From: Anaerolineae bacterium
Lineage (GTDB): Bacteria; Chloroflexota; Anaerolineae; Promineifilales; Promineifilaceae
DNA length: 64,000 bases
Direction: 5' to 3'
Assembly (NCBI GenBank): GCA_030425205.1
Contig: JAUIAP010000016.1
Coordinates: 55,956 to 119,955 of the forward strand
Shown in pieces: positions 56,612-64,000 of the stretch (its first letter is position 1; every line of letters starts with the position of its first letter). The notes beneath the pieces were generated by a model. That model ran no database searches. It was not told where the DNA came from and saw nothing but the letters and a program-made list of their open reading frames with translations. Made by a program: the position numbers and the translations under genes.

Positions 56612-57634
56612 TTGTCTTCTAATTCAAGATACAGACCATATTGGCTCATGCTGCTTGTCGCCCTGCATTGGGGCTGGCTAATTGGATGCAATTCAGCACC
56701 GCTGCCAACCCCAACAGCAACAGTGGTCAAGCCGCCACCCGCGACGATGAAGCCCACTGTGACCGCTGTCATTTCGGCACCATTACCCAGCGAGCATCCC
56801 AGTTTGTCATCGCTCATTCCCACACCACAACCAAGCGCGACGCCAACCAGCACGCCTGATCCATTCACAAAAATCGTCACTGCGCTGCCGCCCACGCCCA
56901 CACAGTCCCCCTGTGCAACAACTGGCACAACGACAGCAGCCAGCTATACCAGCACCATTGAAGGCCCCACCCGCACCTATCGCATCTATCTACCCCCATG
57001 CTATGCAGCAGAAACGCGCACATACCCAACGCTCTACATGCTACATGGCAATCTCTATGGCGAGGAAGAGTGGGACAACATTGGCATCGACGATGAGGCG
57101 GATGCGCTAACATTGGCTGGGGAGGTTGCGCCAATGATTATCGTCATGCCAGAGGGTCGTCGCGTTAGTGACAACACGAGTGGTGGTGATTTTTCATATG
57201 AGGCGGTGCTGGTCAACGAGCTTATTCCGCATGTCGATGCGCTCTATCGTACCAATGGCGAGCGGGCGATTGGCGGACTGTCACGTGGCGGATACTGGGC
57301 AGCGGAGGTTGCCTTTCGCCATCCAGATCTATTTAGCGCGGTTGGATTACACGCGCCGGTCTTTTTGGACACAGGCGATGATCGGGCGATCAATCCATTG
57401 TGGACGGTCGAATCGGCCGAAATCAACACCCTCTGCATCGCCTTCGACTTTGGTTCAGAAGATTTCTATATCAGCACCGCACAACCGATCCGTGACGCGC
57501 TGCTCACCCGCCAAATTCCCCATAACTGGACGATCTACCCCGACGGCAGCCACGCCTACCCATACTGGTCAGAACATCGTGCCGACTATGTCCGTTGGTA
57601 TGCGCAACGATGGCAGCGGCAAAGGTGCGACTAA
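56612..57634 (+). CDS. secreted/membrane-anchored esterase-family alpha/beta hydrolase (putative esterase, PF00756-like)
   Basis: N-terminal hydrophobic anchor, Pro/Thr-rich linker, then YRIYLPPCY..YPTLYMLHG (esterase family signature), GLSRGGYWAAEVAFRHPDLF (GxSxG nucleophile elbow). Confidence 0.7.
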   Translation: MSSNSRYRPYWLMLLVALHWGWLIGCNSAPLPTPTATVVKPPPATMKPTVTAVISAPLPSEHPSLSSLIPTPQPSATPTSTPDPFTKIVTALPPTPTQSPCATTGTTTAASYTSTIEGPTRTYRIYLPPCYAAETRTYPTLYMLHGNLYGEEEWDNIGIDDEADALTLAGEVAPMIIVMPEGRRVSDNTSGGDFSYEAVLVNELIPHVDALYRTNGERAIGGLSRGGYWAAEVAFRHPDLFSAVGLHAPVFLDTGDDRAINPLWTVESAEINTLCIAFDFGSEDFYISTAQPIRDALLTRQIPHNWTIYPDGSHAYPYWSEHRADYVRWYAQRWQRQRCD

Positions 57635-57738
57635 TCTACTACAGCGTCTTTCCACACTTTCGGCATCCCAAAGCGCGCTCGCCATTGACACCACACGTAG
57701 ACAAATCCATAGACCGCCAGAAATTGAATAGATGTGAT

Positions 57739-57775
57739 GTTTCGGGATTTGGAAATCCCGAAACACCATGTTTTC
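57739..57775 (+). terminator. 28-bp near-perfect palindrome GTTTCGGGATTTGGAAATCCCGAAAC followed by T-rich tract; candidate terminator of esterase gene
   Basis: 11-12 bp stem hairpin then caccatgTTTTct; shares TTCGGGA..TCCCGAA core with 29596..29654 repeat. Confidence 0.45.
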
Positions 57776-57833
57776 TGGCTCTCGATATCTAAAGAGCTTG
57801 CAGGTGTATATCTACCTGCAAGCCTTCCATAAG

Positions 57834-60800
57834 TCAGGCGACTTTCGAGCGCAACCGACGAACCAAGAGCCCAATCGTGGATACGCAGAACAATAACATG
57901 AGCAGACTCAGGCTGTTGGGCGCGATGACGGTTACCGTGCGCAACATGACGGCGGTGGGAAGCGTTCCCGTGCGCTCGAATGCGCCCATGTCATACAAGC
58001 CAGCGCGGGCGGCATCTTGGGGGCGTATCGCGTTGTCGAGATCGTTCGGCAAGCCTGTCGCGCACTGGTCAACGGCTGGCGAGGCGGCGGCAAGGCGATA
58101 GTTACCCCGTCCCGTCACCTCAAACTGTGGATCGACACTGATGTTGTCCGTCCCAGCAAGCGGGCTGCCCTGCGTCAAGTTGCAGTTGGCGTTAAGCACT
58201 GCGCTCCCGTGCAAGCCAATGTTGATCGAGTTGCCCCAGACGATGTTGTTGCTTAAATTGACGGTCGTATTGTTATTGGCGTAAAGTGGCTGACCATTGG
58301 GGTTGTCGGCAATCGTCGCATGTTTACCGGTGAAGGTGCCATTATCAACCTCAACGACCGAACGGTTATGTGTGCCCGTGAGCAGTGCATTGTACAGTTC
58401 AATGTCGGCCGCATTGGTTTGATAGAGTGCGCTGCCAAAGCTGGCGTTGCCCGCCGTATTGTCGCGCAAGGCGACACCACGCAACTGGGCGGCACTGTCG
58501 TTAAAGTAGAACGCCCCGCCGTGTGAATCGGCCGAATTTCCCACCAACTCATTGCAATACTGATTCGCATTGAGCGCAAGCACATTGCACGCCAACCCGC
58601 CACCGCCGTAGAGCGGTTCGAGCGTCAAATCGCTGCTCGCAAACAATGCGGCAAATCCACCCTCCCCATCGGCATGATTCGACTCACCGATCACGTTGAC
58701 CAAACTCACGGTCGACGAATTAGCGGCAAAGATTGCGCCGCCGTCCCCATCCGTCTCGTTTTCTGTGATGCGCGTCCCCGTCAGTGCAACGGTCGCATTG
58801 ACCGTAGCGTAGACACCTCCGCCCGCTGAATCGGCCGAATTGTCGAGCAGCACACCCCCGTTGGCGCGCAGCGAACTATTCGGCCCAGAGACAAATGCAC
58901 CGCCACCAAACGCCGCGCTGTTGGCTGGGCAAACGATGAAATCACACTGGTTGCCCAGCGTTGCACTGTCGTTTAGTTCGGCAACCGCGCCGTTGGTCAG
59001 ATAGATGCCGCCGCCATTGTCGTTGGCGTGACTATTGGCGATGCGGCTATTGCCAAACAGCGCGATCCGACCGCCATCCACATACGCCCCGCCACCGCTC
59101 GTCGCGCTCTGGTTATCGCCAAAGAGAATTGCCGAGCCGACATAGCTATCGGTGAGCGTTACGGTGCCAGCGGGGGCAATGGCGATGCCGGCACCCCCAT
59201 CACCTACGTCTGTCCCTGTGGTGCTGCTGCCATAAATGGTGCTACCGTTGCGCAATTCGGCCGATCCCGCAAAGACGCGCAAGCCACCACCGTTATCACT
59301 CGCAACCCCGTCGATTAGGGCCACATTGTCGAGAATCAACGTGCTGTTTCCACTCACGTAGGCGATCCCGCCCCAACGCGCGCGCGCATTTTGCAGGCGC
59401 ATATTTTGCAACGTGACCGTCGCCCCATTGCTGACTTCAACCACGCCGCCCTGCGTCGCAAACGCATTGTCGCGATCAATTTCTGCATAGTCGATGGCGC
59501 GATTAGCCGCAGCCGTGCAGTCGCCGTTGCCACTGGTTAGCGTCAAATCTTTTTCAATGTCGCCCATGTGCTCGTTGTAATAGCCTGTCTGAATGTAGAT
59601 GGTGTCACCAGCAGATGCAGCCGTAATCGCGTCCACGATGGTGCCATAGGCACACGTTGCACCGTTGATGCCGACAAAGTGATGGAGTTCATCTGCACCC
59701 GCGTCATAGTCGCCCGCGTTGACCTCTTCGCAGTTATAGCAAACAAAGCTGAAATGTTGATCGGTCGTATCGCCGTTGTAGTAGTAGGCATCGCCGCCCA
59801 GCGTGGGGGCATAGATGCGGATGGCATATTCGCCTGCCACGGGGTTTTCAATCCAAACGTTTTCAACGGGATTATGAATGTCGTTGAAATTATCCCCAAC
59901 CGCGCTCCAGCCATCGTTGCCAAACTTATTGCCAACCCAGATATTGCCGTTCGGGTCGGTCACGCGCAATTTGAGATCGTTTACGAGCGGGTTGAGCGCG
60001 CCCGGTGCGCCCGGTGCGTCGGACCATGCCAGCGACAGGCGCAGCGGTTCGCCCGTGTCGCTGACCGTCACAACGAGGTCATAGAACTGCCCAATATCAG
60101 TCAGCAGAACCGGGTTTTCATAAAATAGGATGGGCACGGGCGGGTTGAGTAGACGGTCGATGTTGACACGCCCCCAGCCTTGATGCGGATTCGGCCGATT
60201 GCCCATCACGTTGTTCCAGCCATCCAATCCACCGCCGAGATCATCGGTCGTTGCGATCAACGCCGCCTTGACCGTTGCGGGTTCAGGATTGGCATTGTTG
60301 CCATTCCGCACATACCACTGTTGCGTAAACAATGCGGCCGCGCCAGCAACGTGGGGCGAAGCCATGCTCGTGCCGTTGCAAAAGGCGTGCTGCGTTGTGC
60401 CAGCAGGGGATGTGGCACACGATTCGTTGATCGCGCCATCGCGGTTCTCAGTGCTGACGATGCGGTTGCCCGGCGCAACGACATCAGGTTGAATCAGACT
60501 CGACACGGCCAAGTTGACGGCTGGGCCACGACTGCTAAAAAAGGTGATGTCGTTGGGACTATCGTTTGTGCCACCAAACGTGTCGGAGCGTTCACTGTCG
60601 TGGCTGCCGACGTTGACGATATTTTTTGCCTCTTTCGGTTCTGTGATGGAGTCGAGACAGGGGCCGGGACCACAATCATCGCCCGCATTGCCGGCCGCAA
60701 AGATGGTCAGGAACGGATTACGTCCGCCGCCCGTCAATGCATCGAGGGTCGCGTCATCTTGATTGGCCGCGAGCTGTGTATAACCCGCTCCCGCTGGCCC

Positions 60801-63800
60801 TGCGTTCCATGAATTGTTGCTCAAATCGGCATTTGCGGCGGCACTGGCAACCCGTTCCGCCATCGTCACGCGCATCTGCACCCACGCGGACGAGATGAGT
60901 AGACCCTGATCTGTGCCGTTGGCGTTTGAGCTGAATGTGAAACGGATGCGGAAGTTATTGACGTAGTAAGTCGTTGGAATTGACCAGCTGCGCAGTTGAT
61001 ACTGTCCGCCACTGTTTCCACCACAAACAGTGCGCGCGGTTGCCCAACTCGTGCCGCCATTGTTGCTGACCTGCACAGAAAAACAGTCGTTCGCATCGGC
61101 AAGGCTGAAAAACTCTCCCCAAAATAGCTGTGGCGTGACGGGGCTGGCCGCCGTGTAACTGCTCATGTCGATCAGTGGGGACGTGATACGACTCGACTCA
61201 TTGTTGTTATAGTTGCCAAAGCCGCCCGTTCCCCACGCGCCGTCACCCCCGCCTGACACATTCCATGACCACGAGCTGTTTGTGCCAGCCGCAACGTAGC
61301 CACCATTGTTGTTGGTTAAATCATCCAAATAAGGATAGGTCGCATCAGAAGAGATTGCGTCCATCGCGTGCAGGCCAGCACCGGGAGCCATGCCTTGACC
61401 GTAGAGGAAGCCATCAGAATCGGTCGAGCCGCTCCCCCCATTCCCCGCGACAATGCCCGCCACGTGCGTGCCATGTCCAGAGCCGTTCACTTGTGGATTG
61501 CTGCCGCCGTCCGTACCGGGTTCATTCGGCTCTGTGTAGGCGCCATACTCCGTGCCTGAGACGACATTGAGTTCAGGATGATCCCAGTCGACACCCGTGT
61601 CAACAATAGCGACCGTTACACCCGTGCCGTCGTAACCTGTGTCGTCGAGCCAATCTTGATACCCTGTGACGACGTTGCCGCTCCCGTCAAAGTTGCTGGC
61701 GACGATTTGATTGGTGCGTTCGTCCGCCAACGTGTCGGGATAGAGTCGGTCGAGGTTGATCAGTTGTGGTATGGCTTGCAGTTGGGCAAGTTGCGCGGGT
61801 GTGGTCCACAGCTCCCAGACGACCATGCGCCCGCGCTCCCCCATCACGTGCCGCTCAGTGGTGCTGATGCGTCCCGTCATTGCGGGCAGGTTGCCGTCAT
61901 CCCAAAGCAGGGCTGTGACCATCAGTGGCGTTGCGGCCGAACTGCGCCCAGCTTCACTTGTCAGGCGTTGGGTTGTGCGGAAATCGGCCGAAAATGGCGC
62001 AATCACACGCACGTGCGCCGATTGTTCGCGTCGCGCCAACCGCTCCGCATCTGCCCATACGAGATAGGTGTGATTTTGATAGTATTGAATCGGCGTGCCA
62101 ATCTTTTGGACCTCTTCAAATAGCTGTTCCGTCAGCGGAGAGCGCATTTGAACGAGATAGAGTCCCTCACCCGCCTTTGTCAATGCCTCATGACTACGCG
62201 AACTGTCCTGCAAGTCTAGCGTCATGTCATCGAGTCCGAACAACCCATAACCCAACTCTTGCGTAAACGGAATCCCGCTCATTTGCAATTGGGCAAACTG
62301 GGTGCTGGTCAGCTCAAGCCAGAGAAAGCTGCCATAGTCGAGCGCGCGCACGCTGTTGTCAAGCAGCGGTTGGACATCCTCAATCGCCGACCACGCAACC
62401 CGTGCAGCATGGGTGGCGCGATCCAACATAGCGCGGCTAGCTGGGTCAGATTGATCGAGGTTGCGGCGTGTGTCGAGGGGGCGCAATTGATAGTCGATGT
62501 CGCGGGCGAAGCCACTGTTGCAGTGGTCGCGGGCGGGAGATTGACGGGTGATGTGGTAGTTGCCGTTGCCCACAAAAAGTGGGTCTGCGACGATGTTACC
62601 ACCGCCCACATACGGCTCTGACAAGACCGAGCAGCTAATCATCACCTCGCCATCATCTGTGACAAGTGCGCCAGCATTGCCCCAGACAATGCTGGACGTC
62701 ATCTCTAGCGCAGCTCGCGCTGCAACAGAAAATGCGGCAGTGCTGTTACCCGTGTTGCCTGCAATGGTGACATTGTTCAGCGTCGCCTTTGCGCCATACC
62801 CATCGCTGCCCGAGTTAAGGATACTTATGGTGGAGAAACTGCCGTCATTGTCAGCGATAATGACACTGTCGAGATTGATGTAGGTATTGGCGCGTGCAGC
62901 AAAAATTGCCGCGCCCGACCCAGCCGACTGGTTATTCTCAACATAGACGCTTTCTAAATCGAGATCCGCCCCCAACCATGCGTAGACAGCCCCGCCTGCA
63001 CCAGCCGTTGTCACATTGTCGCTAATTTGAGCACATTTGACGGTACTGCATGGGAAAAGTGTCGTGTGGTCAAAATCGACAAGCGTCCCATCACCGACAG
63101 CGTAAACGCCTGCGCCGCCAATCGCCGCCCGATTGCGCAGGAGAGAGGCGTTATCACCATAAACGTCGGCGCCAGAACTCAAATAGAGTCCCCCACCGTA
63201 CTCCTCGGCCACATTATCATAGACATTCACACCGCTGCCTTGTAGTTCAATTCGGCTGTCGTTTGTGGCATAGATACCTGCGCCAGTGCGGGCGGTGTTG
63301 TAGGCGATGCTGTTGTATTCACCCGCCCCTGAGACGAGGGTTAAGTCGCAGTTGTCGAGATAGAAGCCGCCACCGCTACCAACATTGGAGTTATCGTTGT
63401 CGGCCACATTTGGGCGCGGATCGATAATGCCAGCAAACAAAACGGCTAAGCCGACCCCACTACCCGTATCGAGATCAATCGTGCCATCGACACAAAAAAT
63501 GCCGCCGCCGTGTGTATCGGCCGTATTACTTTGCACAAAACTATTGTCTGAGAGGGTCAACGTGCCGCCGTCAAGATGGATGCCACCGCCATAGCTCGAA
63601 TCGTTGTCAGTAACAATCACGCTTTCGAGCGTGACGGATGCATCGGCGTTAATTTCAATCCCACCACCATAGTCGGCATCATCTTGTCCTCCTGTAATGA
63701 CGAGTTTGTTCAGCAAAACGGTCGTGCCGCTTTCATAAATTTCTAGGACAGAATCGGCCGAATTTCCCGCCAGCGTCGTTGTGGAGCCACCAAACGAAAC

Positions 63801-63980
63801 GAGACAGGTCGAATTATAGCCACCATAAATATTGAGTGATTTATTCAGATTGTAGTTACCGTTAAACGTCTTGCCTTCGAGCAAAATGGTGTCCCCGTCA
63901 TTGGCGACGGCCAGTGCCTCAGTGAGTGTTTTATAGGTACAAGATGTCCCGACGGTTAGCGTCGCGGCTGTTTGACGCAT
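57834..63980 (-). CDS. giant (2048 aa) subtilisin-like protease (S8) with extensive parallel beta-helix (PbH1) repeats and C-terminal hydrophobic anchor + basic tail
   Basis: Perfect SD (GGAGGTGATCC) before ATG at 63980; S8 motifs VAIVDTGVDWDHPEL (Asp), HGTHVAGIVAGNGG (His), GTSMASPHVAGAAAL (Ser); many GGG(I/V)Y..N..A. beta-helix turns; C-terminus ..VTVIAPNSLSLLMLLFCVSTIGLLVRRLRSKVA. Confidence 0.75.
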   Translation of the reverse strand: MRQTAATLTVGTSCTYKTLTEALAVANDGDTILLEGKTFNGNYNLNKSLNIYGGYNSTCLVSFGGSTTTLAGNSADSVLEIYESGTTVLLNKLVITGGQDDADYGGGIEINADASVTLESVIVTDNDSSYGGGIHLDGGTLTLSDNSFVQSNTADTHGGGIFCVDGTIDLDTGSGVGLAVLFAGIIDPRPNVADNDNSNVGSGGGFYLDNCDLTLVSGAGEYNSIAYNTARTGAGIYATNDSRIELQGSGVNVYDNVAEEYGGGLYLSSGADVYGDNASLLRNRAAIGGAGVYAVGDGTLVDFDHTTLFPCSTVKCAQISDNVTTAGAGGAVYAWLGADLDLESVYVENNQSAGSGAAIFAARANTYINLDSVIIADNDGSFSTISILNSGSDGYGAKATLNNVTIAGNTGNSTAAFSVAARAALEMTSSIVWGNAGALVTDDGEVMISCSVLSEPYVGGGNIVADPLFVGNGNYHITRQSPARDHCNSGFARDIDYQLRPLDTRRNLDQSDPASRAMLDRATHAARVAWSAIEDVQPLLDNSVRALDYGSFLWLELTSTQFAQLQMSGIPFTQELGYGLFGLDDMTLDLQDSSRSHEALTKAGEGLYLVQMRSPLTEQLFEEVQKIGTPIQYYQNHTYLVWADAERLARREQSAHVRVIAPFSADFRTTQRLTSEAGRSSAATPLMVTALLWDDGNLPAMTGRISTTERHVMGERGRMVVWELWTTPAQLAQLQAIPQLINLDRLYPDTLADERTNQIVASNFDGSGNVVTGYQDWLDDTGYDGTGVTVAIVDTGVDWDHPELNVVSGTEYGAYTEPNEPGTDGGSNPQVNGSGHGTHVAGIVAGNGGSGSTDSDGFLYGQGMAPGAGLHAMDAISSDATYPYLDDLTNNNGGYVAAGTNSSWSWNVSGGGDGAWGTGGFGNYNNNESSRITSPLIDMSSYTAASPVTPQLFWGEFFSLADANDCFSVQVSNNGGTSWATARTVCGGNSGGQYQLRSWSIPTTYYVNNFRIRFTFSSNANGTDQGLLISSAWVQMRVTMAERVASAAANADLSNNSWNAGPAGAGYTQLAANQDDATLDALTGGGRNPFLTIFAAGNAGDDCGPGPCLDSITEPKEAKNIVNVGSHDSERSDTFGGTNDSPNDITFFSSRGPAVNLAVSSLIQPDVVAPGNRIVSTENRDGAINESCATSPAGTTQHAFCNGTSMASPHVAGAAALFTQQWYVRNGNNANPEPATVKAALIATTDDLGGGLDGWNNVMGNRPNPHQGWGRVNIDRLLNPPVPILFYENPVLLTDIGQFYDLVVTVSDTGEPLRLSLAWSDAPGAPGALNPLVNDLKLRVTDPNGNIWVGNKFGNDGWSAVGDNFNDIHNPVENVWIENPVAGEYAIRIYAPTLGGDAYYYNGDTTDQHFSFVCYNCEEVNAGDYDAGADELHHFVGINGATCAYGTIVDAITAASAGDTIYIQTGYYNEHMGDIEKDLTLTSGNGDCTAAANRAIDYAEIDRDNAFATQGGVVEVSNGATVTLQNMRLQNARARWGGIAYVSGNSTLILDNVALIDGVASDNGGGLRVFAGSAELRNGSTIYGSSTTGTDVGDGGAGIAIAPAGTVTLTDSYVGSAILFGDNQSATSGGGAYVDGGRIALFGNSRIANSHANDNGGGIYLTNGAVAELNDSATLGNQCDFIVCPANSAAFGGGAFVSGPNSSLRANGGVLLDNSADSAGGGVYATVNATVALTGTRITENETDGDGGAIFAANSSTVSLVNVIGESNHADGEGGFAALFASSDLTLEPLYGGGGLACNVLALNANQYCNELVGNSADSHGGAFYFNDSAAQLRGVALRDNTAGNASFGSALYQTNAADIELYNALLTGTHNRSVVEVDNGTFTGKHATIADNPNGQPLYANNNTTVNLSNNIVWGNSINIGLHGSAVLNANCNLTQGSPLAGTDNISVDPQFEVTGRGNYRLAAASPAVDQCATGLPNDLDNAIRPQDAARAGLYDMGAFERTGTLPTAVMLRTVTVIAPNSLSLLMLLFCVSTIGLLVRRLRSKVA

Positions 63981-64000
63981 TGGATCACCTCCGGCGGGTT

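Overview
This 64 kb window is a gene-dense bacterial chromosomal segment of about 57% GC. Gene content and style suggest a Chloroflexota-like filamentous bacterium: giant secreted subtilases and an alpha-2-macroglobulin, a DUF1800/DUF1501 pair, and many TTG/GTG starts. That placement is low confidence. The window contains five main blocks.

(1) A roughly 14.6 kb same-strand glycoconjugate cluster at 32..14647. It encodes a GT-C (PMT/ArnT-like) transferase, a secreted beta-propeller/DUF11 protein, a Wzx-type flippase, a SAM methyltransferase, an AlkP-superfamily phosphodiesterase, two GT2 (Dpm1-like) transferases, a radical-SAM/SPASM enzyme followed by a small Cys-rich ORF, and an epimerase fusion protein.

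(2) A housekeeping stretch: lepA, a LacI-family regulator with a candidate operator palindrome, a DUF58 protein, an initiator-like tRNA-Met and an FMN-dependent 2-hydroxyacid dehydrogenase.

(3) A compact co-directional trio at 20747..24243: a J-domain/pseudokinase protein, a vWA (MIDAS) protein and a divergent adenylosuccinate-synthetase (PurA)-like ligase. I consider this the best candidate for an undescribed system.

(4) Further housekeeping and accessory genes: recJ, a nitroreductase, lpdA, a pair of SPFH-domain proteins, a PfkB kinase, a di-heme cytochrome c peroxidase and a DUF1800/DUF1501 pair.

(5) A block of giant secreted proteins and neighbours. It includes a 2034-aa thioester-less alpha-2-macroglobulin, an 1160-aa S8/PA14 protease with a C-terminal (G/S)xYYWx hexapeptide tandem array, and a 2048-aa S8/beta-helix protein with a C-terminal membrane anchor. 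Nearby are a frameshifted ISAzo13-family insertion sequence with terminal inverted repeats, a YyaL thioredoxin-domain protein, a Mur ligase and glgC.

Two sequence-level signals stand out. The palindrome TCGGCCGA, usually extended to TTCGGCCGAA, occurs about 75 times against about 1-2 expected by chance, in every reading frame and in intergenic DNA. This resembles the highly iterated palindrome (HIP1) of cyanobacteria, and it is absent from the IS element. Separately, an intergenic hairpin repeat family with (GTGGTGCGT)n arms and a conserved AAACCTAAAGAC flank is present in at least five copies. No rRNA, CRISPR array or prophage was seen.
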